Origin: Nitrospiria bacterium
GTDB lineage: Bacteria; Nitrospirota; Nitrospiria; DASWJH01
Direction of reading: 5' to 3'
Assembly: GCA_036397255.1 (NCBI GenBank)
Contig: DASWJH010000053.1
Span: forward strand, 12,772 to 76,771
DNA length: 64,000 nt
The notes under the pieces were generated by a model, which saw nothing but the letters and a program-made list of their open reading frames with translations, was not told the DNA's origin and ran no database searches. A program made the translations under genes and the position numbers. Below are positions 29,315-40,265 of this stretch, in pieces. The first letter of the stretch is position 1. Every line of letters begins with the position of its first letter.

Positions 29315-31459
29315 TTAAACCCCCTTTTCTCTTCTTCCGGTTGTAAGATGGAAAACAGCCAAGGATCTGCCTTGAAGGGAATAGGTTCGCCCACCTCGAG
29401 CCATTCCACCCATATCGTGAAGATCTTCAAAGGTGGTATCCAACCTCAAGCTCCACCGGGTTCCTTTTTTGTGTGCGGGCAATACAAAAGGGATGCTTTC
29501 ATGGTGGGCGTTTAAAAGAATAAGGAGGGTTTCCCCAAATATAGGGTTTCCCTTTTTATCCACCTCTCCCATGGCATCCCCCGCCAGCCGCATACCCAAA
29601 CACCGGACAAAGCCAGCATTCCATTCCTCATCATTCATTTCCCGCCCCGTTGGGCCAAACCAGGATATGTCTTTAATTTCGGAACCACGAATATGCCGTC
29701 CCTGGAAAAATTTTCTGCGCCTTAAAACCGGGTTGGCTTTTAAAAATTGAATGACTTTTTTGGTAAACTGAAAGAAATCTTTCTGTTCTTTGGTTAACTC
29801 CCACTGATACCAGCTAATTTCATTATCCTGGCAATAGGCATTATTATTTCCCTGTTGGGTTCGCCCAATTTCATCTCCTCCACTGATCATGGGGGCCCCC
29901 TGGCTAAACAGCAAGGTGGCCATCAGGTTTCTTTTTTGTTTTTCCCTGAGGGCTTTAATTTCGGGATCATCCGTGGGTCCCTCCGTACCACAATTCCAGC
30001 TAACATTATCATCCGTTCCATCCCGATTTTCTTCGCCGTTGGCCTCATTATGTTTGTGGTTATAACTGACCAAATCATGAAGGGTAAACCCATCATGTGC
30101 AGTAATAAAATTAATGCTGGCATGTGGCTTTCGGCCGCTTCCCCCGTATAGATCGGAGCTGCCCGACAACCGCGTAGCCATTTCCGCTACCTGGCGACCA
30201 TCTCCTTTCCAAAAGCTGCGAACTGCATCACGGTATTTCCCATTCCACTCAGTCCACAGAACGGGAAAGTTTCCTACCTGATAGCCCCCTTCTCCCAGGT
30301 CCCAAGGTTCCGCAATGAGTTTAACCTGGGAAATAATCGGATCCTGCTGAATAATATCAAAAAAGGCTCCCAGACGATCGACCTCATGTAATTCCCGGGC
30401 CAATGTGCTGGCCAAATCGAATCGAAATCCGTCAACATGCATTTCCAGAACCCAGTACCGCAAACTGTCCATAATGAGTTGAAGCACTTGAGGTGTAGTC
30501 ATGTTGAGGGTGTTACCACACCCGGTGTAGTCCATATAGAATCTTGAATTGTCATTGACAAGCCGGTAATAGGAGGCATTATCAATTCCCCGAAGAGAAA
30601 GAGTGGGCCCCAGGTGATTTCCTTCTGCGGTATGGTTATAGACCACATCCAAAATCACCTCAATTCCCGCGGTATGTAAGGTCCGAACCATCATTTTAAA
30701 CTCGTCAGCGACTTCCATGGTTCCGGAACCATAACGGTTAACCGGTGCAAGGAAAGCCAGAGAGTTATAACCCCAGTAGTTGCTTAAACCCTGTTTAACC
30801 AGGTAGTGATCATTCACGTAGTGATGAACAGGAAGAAGCTCAACCGCAGTGATTCCTAATTGGGTGAGGTGCTGAATAATGGGCTCTGAGGCCAGTCCCG
30901 CATAGGTTCCCCGCAATTCTGGGGGAACATCGGGATGTTTCATGGTTAACCCTCTCACATGGGTTTCGTAAATGATGGTCTCATGCCATGGGGTTTTAGG
31001 GGGTCGATCGTTCCCCCAGGTAAACGCCGGGTCTACTACGGAACAAAGAGGGGCAAATGGGGCGTTGTCCCGGTCATCTCTTGTGAGATCTTCCTTGGGA
31101 TCCCCTGTTTTGTAACCAAACATGGATTCATCCCAATGGATTCTTCTTGCGATTGCTTTTGCATAGGGGTCTACCAAAACCTTTGAAGGGTTAAACCGGT
31201 GCCCTTGAGAGGGGTCATAGGGGCCGTCTACCCGATACCCATAAATCCATCCAGGGCGTGCTTCAGGAAGGTAGACATGCCACACACGGTTGGTTTGCTC
31301 CATCATTTTAATTCGATGGGCTTCCTTTTTGTCTTCAATAGAATTAAAAATACATAGCTCTACCTGGGTCGCATTTTCGGAGAATAGGGCAAAATTCACC
31401 CCTCGGCCGTCCCATGTTGCGCCTAAGGGATAAGGGTTTCCCGGTATGGTTCTCATCAA
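29315..31459 (-). CDS. glgX: Glycogen debranching enzyme (isoamylase-type, GH13)
   Basis: 714 aa. [18 protein letters not shown]-terminus, [11 protein letters not shown] and GFRFDLA motifs. Confidence 0.85.
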   Translation of the reverse strand: MMRTIPGNPYPLGATWDGRGVNFALFSENATQVELCIFNSIEDKKEAHRIKMMEQTNRVWHVYLPEARPGWIYGYRVDGPYDPSQGHRFNPSKVLVDPYAKAIARRIHWDESMFGYKTGDPKEDLTRDDRDNAPFAPLCSVVDPAFTWGNDRPPKTPWHETIIYETHVRGLTMKHPDVPPELRGTYAGLASEPIIQHLTQLGITAVELLPVHHYVNDHYLVKQGLSNYWGYNSLAFLAPVNRYGSGTMEVADEFKMMVRTLHTAGIEVILDVVYNHTAEGNHLGPTLSLRGIDNASYYRLVNDNSRFYMDYTGCGNTLNMTTPQVLQLIMDSLRYWVLEMHVDGFRFDLASTLARELHEVDRLGAFFDIIQQDPIISQVKLIAEPWDLGEGGYQVGNFPVLWTEWNGKYRDAVRSFWKGDGRQVAEMATRLSGSSDLYGGSGRKPHASINFITAHDGFTLHDLVSYNHKHNEANGEENRDGTDDNVSWNCGTEGPTDDPEIKALREKQKRNLMATLLFSQGAPMISGGDEIGRTQQGNNNAYCQDNEISWYQWELTKEQKDFFQFTKKVIQFLKANPVLRRRKFFQGRHIRGSEIKDISWFGPTGREMNDEEWNAGFVRCLGMRLAGDAMGEVDKKGNPIFGETLLILLNAHHESIPFVLPAHKKGTRWSLRLDTTFEDLHDMGGMARGGRTYSLQGRSLAVFHLTTGRREKGV

Positions 31460-31522
31460 AAGGTTCCTTTCGGTTTTTTGCGTTGCAAAAAGGCTGGTGG
31501 GCTCACCCTTTTTGTTCCCCCC

Positions 31523-33499
31523 TTATTTGGAGGAAACATCGGCTTCATATTTAAAAAAGCCAATGCTCAAGGGAGGTAAAACCAAGGGCAAGGAATAAAA
31601 GTGGCCATGAGAGGGAATGGGTGTGGCCTCCAACCCCCCAAAGTTTCCTTGGCCGCTTCCCCAATATTGCTTGGCATCGCTGTTGAGCATTTCTTTCCAA
31701 AATCCAGCCATGGGGACACCAATGCGATAGTTGTTCCGGGGTACGGGGGTAAAATTGCACACCACTAGAATCCGATCTTTAGGGTTTTTCCCTTTTCGCA
31801 GAAAACTGATGATCGAATTCTCCCAATCCTGGCAGTCTACCCACTCAAACCCTTCGCCCTGAAAATCCATTTCATGGAGGGCTGCCTCGTCTTTGTAGAG
31901 GTGGTTTAAATCGCGGACCCACTTTAGAATTCCCTGGTGACTGGAATATTCCAATAGATGCCAGTCCAGGCTGGATTCATGATACCATTCATCCCATTGA
32001 CCGAATTCTCCCCCCATCATTAAAAGTTTCTTGCCAGGGTGGGCAAACATATAACCAAATAACAATCTTAAATTCGCAAACCGCTGCCAATCGTCCCCGG
32101 GCATTTTCCCAAGAATGGACCCTTTGCCATAGACGATTTCGTCATGGGACAAAGGCAGGACAAAATTTTCGGAGAAGGCATAACAGAGACTAAAGGTGAG
32201 CTGATTGTGGTGAAATTTACGGAACACTGAATCCTTGGAGAAATAATCCAATGTATCATGCATCCATCCCATGTTCCATTTGATCCCAAATCCCAGCCCC
32301 CCCACATAAGTGGGCCGGGAGACCATGGGCCACGCGGTGGACTCTTCGGCAAAGGTTTGAACATCCGGAAATTTCTCATAAATGGCTTCATTCATTTTTC
32401 TGAGAAACCCAATGGCTTCAATATTTTCACGTCCACCATATTCATTGGGAATCCAATCCCCGCCTTGGCGGGCGTAATCCAGGTACAGCATGGAAGCCAC
32501 TGCATCTACTCGAATACCATCAATATGGTATTTTTCCAGCCAAAATAGAGCGCTACTAATTAAAAAGGCCCTCACTTCATTGCGGCCATAGTTAAAAATA
32601 TAACTTTTCCAATCCGGATGGAACCCTTTACGGGGGTCGGCATGTTCAAAGAGATGGGTCCCATCAAAATAAACCAATCCATGTTCATCCGAGGGAAAAT
32701 GGGAAGGGACCCAATCCAGGATGAGGCCAATGCCGTTTTGATGCAGGTAATCCACCAAATACATAAAGTCCTGGGGGGTTCCATACCGGCGGGTAGGGGC
32801 GAAATAACCAACCGTTTGATAACCCCAGGATCCATAAAAGGGATGTTCGGTGAGGGGTAAAAATTCAACGTGTGTGAAACCCATGTGTTTAACATATTCC
32901 GCCAAAGAGGGGGCTATTTCCCGATAGGTCAAATAACGGTTTCCTTCTTCGGGCATTCTTTTCCAGGACCCCAGGTGAACTTCATAGATGGACATGGGCG
33001 CACTGAGCTTGTTCACCTCCTGGCGGGAAGACATCCATTGGTGATCTTTCCATTGATACTCAATATCACATACCACGGAACCGGTTTTAGGGGGTTCTTC
33101 CCACCCAAATCCATAGGGGTCTCCCTTATCGACCTGATATCCGTTTTGTTTGGAAACAATGTGGTATTTATATATCTCCCCCGGGCCAATGCTTCCAATA
33201 AACCCTTCCCAAATTCCGGACCCGTCTTTTCGAACGTTCAAGGGATGGGATTGGGGATTCCAGCCGTTAAAATTCCCAATGATGTAAACTTTTTCCGCAT
33301 TGGGCGCCCAAACAGAGAAATAAACACCCTCTATTTCGTCCACCACCATGGGGTGTGACCCAAATTGGTCATATAAGTGGTTGTGGGTTCCCTCTTTAAA
33401 AAGGTAAATATCATATTCCGTAAACCGGCTGACGGGTTGAATCAGCTCAGGCTTAGGGTTGGATTTTTTTCTTGGTGATGTTGGTTGATCTTTACCCAT
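31523..33499 (-). CDS. glgB: 1,4-alpha-glucan branching enzyme (GH13)
   Basis: 658 aa. GWMHDTL and [14 protein letters not shown] motifs are typical of GlgB. Confidence 0.85.
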   Translation of the reverse strand: MGKDQPTSPRKKSNPKPELIQPVSRFTEYDIYLFKEGTHNHLYDQFGSHPMVVDEIEGVYFSVWAPNAEKVYIIGNFNGWNPQSHPLNVRKDGSGIWEGFIGSIGPGEIYKYHIVSKQNGYQVDKGDPYGFGWEEPPKTGSVVCDIEYQWKDHQWMSSRQEVNKLSAPMSIYEVHLGSWKRMPEEGNRYLTYREIAPSLAEYVKHMGFTHVEFLPLTEHPFYGSWGYQTVGYFAPTRRYGTPQDFMYLVDYLHQNGIGLILDWVPSHFPSDEHGLVYFDGTHLFEHADPRKGFHPDWKSYIFNYGRNEVRAFLISSALFWLEKYHIDGIRVDAVASMLYLDYARQGGDWIPNEYGGRENIEAIGFLRKMNEAIYEKFPDVQTFAEESTAWPMVSRPTYVGGLGFGIKWNMGWMHDTLDYFSKDSVFRKFHHNQLTFSLCYAFSENFVLPLSHDEIVYGKGSILGKMPGDDWQRFANLRLLFGYMFAHPGKKLLMMGGEFGQWDEWYHESSLDWHLLEYSSHQGILKWVRDLNHLYKDEAALHEMDFQGEGFEWVDCQDWENSIISFLRKGKNPKDRILVVCNFTPVPRNNYRIGVPMAGFWKEMLNSDAKQYWGSGQGNFGGLEATPIPSHGHFYSLPLVLPPLSIGFFKYEADVSSK

Positions 33500-33525
33500 G
33501 TTTCATCCTCTTAATTTAGGAAGGT

Positions 33526-36500
33526 TTAAGGATTGGGAAGCCCGGTGGGATAAGCCCGCTGAATCTCAACAAATAACGAAGCGTTCCCTTGAATATCCAA
33601 GATGGATTTAATACCTTTTAAAGGGGTTAAAACCCAATCCGGGCGGCTGTTCAGTTCATAACTGAGTTCGTAAATGGCTTTATTTAAAAGAAAGGCATTT
33701 AAAAGGACATCCATTTCTTGCAGTTCTTTGGGGAGAAACGGCGCTTCCCCTGCAGTTTCCAAATAGGATTGAAGAAAAACACCTCCCACATACCGATGCC
33801 AAAGCTCGGTCCAAGGCTCCAGTGTAGATTGATCGTCGGGGCGAAGGGAAGTATGGTTTCTTAAAACCGTAAAGGAGGCATAATGAAATGACCTGAGCAT
33901 TCCCGCCACATCCCGTAAGGGGGACTGTTTTAACCGTCGATCGTTCAATGGGCGAGCGGGTTCACCCTCAAAATCAATAATGATAAAATCACCTCCGGTA
34001 TAAAGCACCTGACCCAAATGGTAATCGCCATGGTTACGGATTCTCACACCAGAGCGGTTCTGCTTCAGAACCGCTTTCATCCGCTCCAGAATCTCCGTCT
34101 CACGATTTAAAATTTCTTCCGCATCTTCTTTGGCTTCGTTGGCCAGGTTTTTGAGGTTTTTTCTCAATAGCTGAAGACCTCTTCGTGCTTGGCTTTGCAT
34201 CGATTGATACACCGAGCGCTGATGCAGCATTGTAAACGGCTCCGGATCAAATGCCGGATCTCCCGTTTCGGTAGAAAGGGCCTTATGCATTTCAGCAGTT
34301 CTCTTTCCCAACAAAGAAGCCATTTCCAGATAAACCCCTCCGATGAGTTCCTGAAACACCAAAGGAATTTCCTGATAGGCAATCCCCAAAGGGGACAGTT
34401 TCGGGTCCAGCGAGGCAGGGGGAGGTTCTCCCTTGGCTAAAACCCGTTCAATATATCGTGTGATTTCATCCAAAGTATATTTCCAGGCATCCCCTTGGTT
34501 GGCGACGCATCCTTGGAGTAACCCAAGGGCAATCGGTTCCGCTCCTTTTCGGTGGTATTCCAGGGATCCGGCAAAGGGGGGTGTATTGGAGAAAGAGGTT
34601 TTTTCCGTTAAAAACTGAACCGCTTCCATATCCGGATTGAGTCCCTCTTCTAATCTCCGGAAAAGCTTAAAGTATAACGCGGTACCGAATATGATAGAGG
34701 TGTTACTTTGTTCAGCGCTAAGGAGGTGGGACCCTTCCGCTGGAAGATGAGTGGTATCCACCAAACGGCGAAAGGCTTTTCCCGGATAACCGGTCATTTC
34801 TCCATGTTGTCCTTTATTGCGCAGGCGCTTGGCGATGGTCAAAAACAGGTTTTTTCGGAACCCATCGTCATAGATCCCGTCACGCAAAAATATTTTTCGA
34901 TCCCCCATTTTGAAGGTAGCGATGGCCCCAGGGGGGTTTCCCTTGACTGTTTCCTGTATTTCTTCTTCGGGAATGAAGGAAAGCGCAAGCAAGTAGGTTT
35001 CTGGAAGCCCTTCGGTGTAATGACATTCAATAAAAAGGACCTGTACCAGAGAGGCATCCCGTCCAACCGGAATTTGCTCAACGATTTTCATTTGCTGAAT
35101 GTTTCGGGCTTTTCCCCCAAACCAACGGCAGGCCCGAATATATTGGGGTAAAATCTCCCTTTCTAATTTCCCTTTAGATTTTCCCGAAAGAATTCCTTCC
35201 CACCGTGGAACCAATCCAAGATCCGGAAGGGGTTTTTCTTTCACAATTTTGGAATCTTCGGCTTCCTTATGGAGGTAAAACAGGTAATATCCATACCCTC
35301 CCAGGCTCAAAGAATAAGGGGCGTCTTTGATGATCGGGAACCGGCTTCTTCCAAAAACTTCTTCAGGGATGCACCCCGCACAGGGTGAAATATCCAAGTC
35401 TACCATTTGGGGATGGCGGGAGAGGTTAACCACCACCAGTATTTTCTCGTCTTCATATTTTCGCACAAAGGCTAAGATTTTTGGATTATCGGGAAGAAGG
35501 AAATGTATTTCCCCTCGACCAAACGCCTTGGACTGTTTTCGAATGGCAATCAGTTTTTTCATCCACCATAAAAGAGAAGCCTGATTCCTCTCCTGGTTCT
35601 CCACATTGAGGGACTCAAAGTGATATTCGGGATCAATGATCGTGGGAAGGTAAAGCTTTTGAGGGTTGGCCCTAGAAAAACCCGCATTACGGTCTGAACT
35701 CCATTGCATAGGGGTTCGGACGCCATTTCGATCCCCCAAGTAATGATTGTCCCCCATTCCAATTTCATCCCCATAATAAATGATCGGGGTACCCGGCATG
35801 GTAAAAAGGAGGACATTCAAAAGCTCAATTTTTTTACGATCATTTTCAAGTAAGGGGGCTAGTCTTCGACGAATTCCCATATTAATTCGGGCACTGGGAT
35901 CTCGAGCGTAGACCCGGTACATAAAATCTCTTTCCTCATCGGTGACCATTTCTAAAGTTAATTCATCGTGGTTTCTGAGAAACATTGCCCACTGGCAGGA
36001 TTCGTGAATGGATGGGGTTTGATCCAGAATATCAATGATCGGAAACCGGTCTTCCATTTGAAGGGACATAAACATTCTTGGCATCAAGGGGAAATGAAAT
36101 GACAGGTGACACTCATCCCCTTTTCCAAAATACTCCGCGGCATCTTCAGGCCATTGGTTGGCCTCCGCCAGCAACATCTTGCCTTGAAAGTGGGTATCCA
36201 CATGTTTTCTTAAGGCTTTTAAAAATTCATGGGTCTCGGGTAAGTTTTCGCAATTGGTTCCTTCTCTTTCAAAAAGATAAGGAATGGCATCTAATCGCAT
36301 TCCGTCTACCCCCATATTGAACCAATATTCCATAACCTGAAAGACGGCTTTCTGGACCTCAGGGTTTTCAAAATTTAAATCGGGTTGATGGGAGTAAAAC
36401 CGGTGCCAAAAATTGGCCTTTGCAACATGGTCCCATGTCCAGTTGGAGGTTTCAAAATCCTTGAAAATAATTCTCGCGTCTCTATATTTTTGGGTGGTGT

Positions 36501-36921
36501 TACTCCACACGTAAAAATTTCTTGCGGATGATCCTGGTTTAGCCCGACGGGCCCGTTGAAACCAAGCATGCTGATCCGAGGTATGATTGATCACCAGTTC
36601 GGTGATTACACGAAGACTGCGTCGATGGGCTTCTTTTAAAAATTCCTTAAAATCCCTTAATTCCCCGTAGTTGGGATGAATATTGTAATAATCTGCAATG
36701 TCATATCCATCATCTCTCAGGGGAGAAGGGTAAAAGGGGAGGACCCATACCGCCGTGACTCCGAGGCTTTCCAGATAATCCAATTTCTGGGTCAACCCCT
36801 TAAAATCGCCCATACCATCCCCATTGGCATCATTGAATGCTTTAATATGGGTTTGATAGATAATGGCGTCTTTAAACCAAAGCGGGTCTTCTTCAAAAAA
36901 TGAATTTTTTTTAGGTTTCAT
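33526..36921 (-). CDS. treS: Trehalose synthase fused to maltokinase (TreS-Mak/Pep2 fusion)
   Basis: 1131 aa. The N-terminal ~550 aa form a GH13 trehalose-synthase domain (WFKDAIIYQTH..., GVDGMRLDAIPYL). The C-terminal ~450 aa form a maltokinase-like aminoglycoside-phosphotransferase fold (IRNHGDYHLGQVL). Confidence 0.8.
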   Translation of the reverse strand: MKPKKNSFFEEDPLWFKDAIIYQTHIKAFNDANGDGMGDFKGLTQKLDYLESLGVTAVWVLPFYPSPLRDDGYDIADYYNIHPNYGELRDFKEFLKEAHRRSLRVITELVINHTSDQHAWFQRARRAKPGSSARNFYVWSNTTQKYRDARIIFKDFETSNWTWDHVAKANFWHRFYSHQPDLNFENPEVQKAVFQVMEYWFNMGVDGMRLDAIPYLFEREGTNCENLPETHEFLKALRKHVDTHFQGKMLLAEANQWPEDAAEYFGKGDECHLSFHFPLMPRMFMSLQMEDRFPIIDILDQTPSIHESCQWAMFLRNHDELTLEMVTDEERDFMYRVYARDPSARINMGIRRRLAPLLENDRKKIELLNVLLFTMPGTPIIYYGDEIGMGDNHYLGDRNGVRTPMQWSSDRNAGFSRANPQKLYLPTIIDPEYHFESLNVENQERNQASLLWWMKKLIAIRKQSKAFGRGEIHFLLPDNPKILAFVRKYEDEKILVVVNLSRHPQMVDLDISPCAGCIPEEVFGRSRFPIIKDAPYSLSLGGYGYYLFYLHKEAEDSKIVKEKPLPDLGLVPRWEGILSGKSKGKLEREILPQYIRACRWFGGKARNIQQMKIVEQIPVGRDASLVQVLFIECHYTEGLPETYLLALSFIPEEEIQETVKGNPPGAIATFKMGDRKIFLRDGIYDDGFRKNLFLTIAKRLRNKGQHGEMTGYPGKAFRRLVDTTHLPAEGSHLLSAEQSNTSIIFGTALYFKLFRRLEEGLNPDMEAVQFLTEKTSFSNTPPFAGSLEYHRKGAEPIALGLLQGCVANQGDAWKYTLDEITRYIERVLAKGEPPPASLDPKLSPLGIAYQEIPLVFQELIGGVYLEMASLLGKRTAEMHKALSTETGDPAFDPEPFTMLHQRSVYQSMQSQARRGLQLLRKNLKNLANEAKEDAEEILNRETEILERMKAVLKQNRSGVRIRNHGDYHLGQVLYTGGDFIIIDFEGEPARPLNDRRLKQSPLRDVAGMLRSFHYASFTVLRNHTSLRPDDQSTLEPWTELWHRYVGGVFLQSYLETAGEAPFLPKELQEMDVLLNAFLLNKAIYELSYELNSRPDWVLTPLKGIKSILDIQGNASLFVEIQRAYPTGLPNP

Positions 36922-36930
36922 ATCCCTTTC

Positions 36931-38922
36931 TTACATAAAATAGTCAAAATCGGTTTCTCTTTTTAATTTTGGTTTGAGGCGGAAAATATGGGCGGGGACC
37001 ACATGGGGATTAAGCTGAACAAAATTAAGTTCCCCTTGCCAAATATATTTCTCATCACTTAAAAGATCGTGGACCATATAGGACTGGGAGGAATCAATGC
37101 CCAGTTTCCAGATGGGAACCTTGACCCATCCGGATTGGGTGTGGAAGGGGTCCAGGTTGACAATGACCAATATGATATTGGAAAGGTCCTCGGTGACTTT
37201 TTGATAGGATAGGATCTGATCATTGTCCGTTTCACAAAAGGATAGATTCCACGTGGTCTGCAGAGATTTATTCTCCCTCCGGATTTTGTTGACCCGTGCA
37301 ATAAAATCTTTCAGGTTTCCGGGTTGATCCCAATTCCATGTTTTTATTTCATATTTTTCATTATCCAGATACTCCTCTACTCCAGGCCTGGGTTGGTTTA
37401 GACAAAGCTCAAAGGTTGGCCCGTAAATCCCGTAGTTGGAGGAGAGGGTGGCAGCCAGAACAAGCCTCATTAAAAATGCAGGCCTACCGCCATACTGTAA
37501 ATGCTCTGGGAGGATATCGGGAGTGTTGGGCCAAAAGTTGGGTTTAAAGATTTCCCGGGCTTCCGTTTGGGTGAGTTCCGTTAAATAGGAGGTAAATTCT
37601 TTTTTTGAATTCCTCCATGTAAAATAGGTGTAGGATTGGGTAAAACCAACCTTTGCCAAACGATACATGACCTTTGGGCGGGTAAACGCCTCTGATAAAA
37701 AAATGACTTCCGGGAAATCTTTTTTGATTTCGGAAATCAACCATTGCCAAAAAGGAAACGGCTTGGTATGGGGGTTGTCCACCCGAAATATCCGGACGCC
37801 ATGATCAATCCAAAACAAAACCACATTTTTTAACTCTTCCCAAAGTCCTTTCCAATTTTCCGATTCAAAATTCAGGGGAAGGATATCTTGATATTTCTTG
37901 GGAGGATTTTCCGCATATTGTACCGTTCCATCGGGACGCCACCGGAACCACTCGGGGTTCGATTTGACATAGGGGTGATCAGGTGCACATTGAAAGGCCA
38001 GATCCATTGCAATCTCAATTTGATGGTTTTTGGCCGTTTTAACTAATTGATCAAAGTCTTTCAGTGTCCCTAATTGGGGATGAATCGCCGTATGGCCGCC
38101 TTCATCGGAACCGATGGCCCATGGACTTCCTGGATCATCGGGTGTGGATTCCGTGGAATTATTTTTACCCTTTCGGTTTTTCTTCCCAATGGGGTGAATG
38201 GGAGGAAGGTAAAAAATATCGAACCCCATTTTAGCGATTTCAGGAAGCAATTTTTCACAGTCTTTGAGGGTTCCATGTTTTCCCGGGTCCGGAGTGCAGG
38301 ATCTGGGAAATCGTTCGTACCAGGCGCTAAAGAGGGCTTTTGGAGGCTCCACCATTAAAGCCAGTTCCTTTGGATAACGGGTGGCAAGGTGTCGGTCAGG
38401 ATATTTGTCCGCTAACTCCGATAGTTCCTCCCCGATGGACACGGCAAGGGCTTGGTCGGGATTTCTAATATTTTGAATTTGTCGGGCCAGATGAATCAGT
38501 TTTTTTTGGTCATCCCCGGATGCCCGTTTGGAAGCCTTCTCCACCAGGTCACCCCCGATCTGGAGATCAATCTGGACATCCTGCTTAGCATCCACCCTTT
38601 TTTTAAGATCTCGCTGCCAGGTTTTAAAATGATCCACCCATCCTTCCAAGGTAAACAGGTAAATGCCTACCTCTTCTGCAACGAACTCCCCCTCCCATCG
38701 GTCATTCTCCAGGAACATCATCGGGATTTCGGTCCATGTTCGTTTTCCTTGAGGCCTATAAAGCAGTCGTGCCGTTAGGACATCGTGTCCATCAGCAAAA
38801 ATGTCTGCCGAAACGCATAGGCTTTCCCCAACCGCTCTTTTACAGGGAAATTCCCCTCCATCGATTTCAGGATGGACATGTTCAATAACCACGCGACCCT
38901 TCCCATTTTCTGGTAGTCCCAT
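36931..38922 (-). CDS. glgE: alpha-1,4-glucan:maltose-1-phosphate maltosyltransferase
   Basis: 663 aa. N-terminal DUF3416-like region (IEHVHPEIDGGEFPCKR) followed by a GH13_3 catalytic domain (GVRIFRVDNPHTKP). 10-nt gap to treS-mak. Confidence 0.8.
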   Translation of the reverse strand: MGLPENGKGRVVIEHVHPEIDGGEFPCKRAVGESLCVSADIFADGHDVLTARLLYRPQGKRTWTEIPMMFLENDRWEGEFVAEEVGIYLFTLEGWVDHFKTWQRDLKKRVDAKQDVQIDLQIGGDLVEKASKRASGDDQKKLIHLARQIQNIRNPDQALAVSIGEELSELADKYPDRHLATRYPKELALMVEPPKALFSAWYERFPRSCTPDPGKHGTLKDCEKLLPEIAKMGFDIFYLPPIHPIGKKNRKGKNNSTESTPDDPGSPWAIGSDEGGHTAIHPQLGTLKDFDQLVKTAKNHQIEIAMDLAFQCAPDHPYVKSNPEWFRWRPDGTVQYAENPPKKYQDILPLNFESENWKGLWEELKNVVLFWIDHGVRIFRVDNPHTKPFPFWQWLISEIKKDFPEVIFLSEAFTRPKVMYRLAKVGFTQSYTYFTWRNSKKEFTSYLTELTQTEAREIFKPNFWPNTPDILPEHLQYGGRPAFLMRLVLAATLSSNYGIYGPTFELCLNQPRPGVEEYLDNEKYEIKTWNWDQPGNLKDFIARVNKIRRENKSLQTTWNLSFCETDNDQILSYQKVTEDLSNIILVIVNLDPFHTQSGWVKVPIWKLGIDSSQSYMVHDLLSDEKYIWQGELNFVQLNPHVVPAHIFRLKPKLKRETDFDYFM

Positions 38923-39300
38923 GATGAATCCTCCATACTTAAAAAAGGAGATTTAGAAAAAAATTTGGGTAGGATTAGAATGAACATTTTAACCCCAAGG
39001 CATAAGACAATTCAACTGTTTAAAACGTTTTAAGTTTCAATTTGTTATGAAAAATCATCCTGATCAAAGTTAGACCATGGATGGGTCCTTGGAATCCTTA
39101 TATCCTAAGGGGCCTGCCCAAGAATTCAATTGGAAAAGAATAAAGGGGCAATATTAAAAGAAAATGAGGGCTACATTAGAAGATTTTTATTTCTCAGGTA
39201 TTCAAAGGTAGGGGGTCCCATCCATTTTTATTTTTTTTAATGGTGTGGGGGAGGGCCGGTTTGATGGGGTTTAAGTTTTAAGGCGAAATAGGTTGAATCA

Positions 39301-39519
39301 TCAGGCGCTTATTTTTAACTTTCTTGTTGATCGTAAACCCTCTTTGGTGGTTTTGCCTTTCAAAAAATATTTTTCCGGTCCATTTCGGTTGATATATCTG
39401 TAAATGGCGTAAAGGCCAATGTCAAAGGCAAGTTTTCCTTGGTGTGAATCCAAAAAATTCTGCTCGAATTCGACCACCGTTTCGCCATCTTCTTTTACCA
39501 GTTTCATTTCTATTTTCAT
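39301..39519 (-). CDS. Hypothetical small protein (72 aa)
   Basis: ORF only. Charged, non-repetitive sequence with no recognisable domain. Confidence 0.3.
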   Translation of the reverse strand: MKIEMKLVKEDGETVVEFEQNFLDSHQGKLAFDIGLYAIYRYINRNGPEKYFLKGKTTKEGLRSTRKLKISA

Positions 39520-39557
39520 TGTGATTCCCCCCGGGTCCTAACCCTTCCTTTAACGTT

Positions 39558-40104
39558 TTAAGGTCTAATTTTCTTCCTGGGCAAAGGAGGAGTAGCGGGT
39601 CTCCTTAAGGTTGAGAAAAATCCCCAGCTCCAGTTGACCAAAAGGTAAGAAATAAAAGAAAGGGTGGCTGAGGAGATTAAACTGCCTATCCACAGGGGTT
39701 TTGCAACACGTAAAAAATTTTTGAGGGCTCCGGTTTGACCGAACACCTCCTCCGAAGGTGGCATCCAGTTCAACCACCGGCCCAATTCATATTGCAAAAG
39801 ATAAATTCCCGGGGCGGTCAATGGGTTGGTAACCCAGCAGGCCGCAAGAGCAATGGGAATATTGACCCGTAATAGGAAAGCTCCCAGGCCTGCTAAAATC
39901 ATCTGGACTCCCAACGAGGGTGTAAATGCGATGAATAGACCCAATGCCAGCCCCCCCGGAAACGCTCCTTTGGGTAAACCTCCAAAGTTCGGCTTCAAAT
40001 AGCCTCTCGCCAATGGCCCGGTGAATTAGGGTGCCTTTCAAATGACGCTTCCGTGGAAATTGAAGCAGGAGGTATAAACCCAGTTTTTTAAAACGGTTTT
40101 TCAA
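39558..40104 (-). pseudogene. DUF2062-family membrane protein gene interrupted by a frameshift within a G7 homopolymer (C7 on the plus strand) at about 39952-39958
   Basis: The N-terminal DUF2062 signature (...RAIGERLFEAELWRF.QRSVSGGAGIG) lies in the frame of ORF 39787..40278. The remainder (GLFIAFTPSLGVQMILAGLGAFL...) lies in the frame of ORF 39558..40013. The frame switch coincides with gcccccccgg. Confidence 0.5.
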
Positions 40105-40265
40105 AAAATCCTTAGAAAGAAAACAAAGGCCATTTTCACTTGTGGGTTTATGCCCTTTCGGGTTAATGTAATAATATTTTTTTAAAAACACCCTTATCAT
40201 AAAGGTAATTGTTTCAGTATCCAAGTATAAAGGAAAATGTCCAAGGGAGTTTTTTAAAATGAATG

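Noticed and set aside
23330-38778. Numerous 60-170 aa antisense or alternative-frame ORFs inside the glg/tre genes (for example 28755..29168, 32870..33358, 34708..35151 and 38452..38778)
   Set aside because: Each is fully contained within long, well-supported GH13/GH77 coding sequences on the opposite strand or in another frame.
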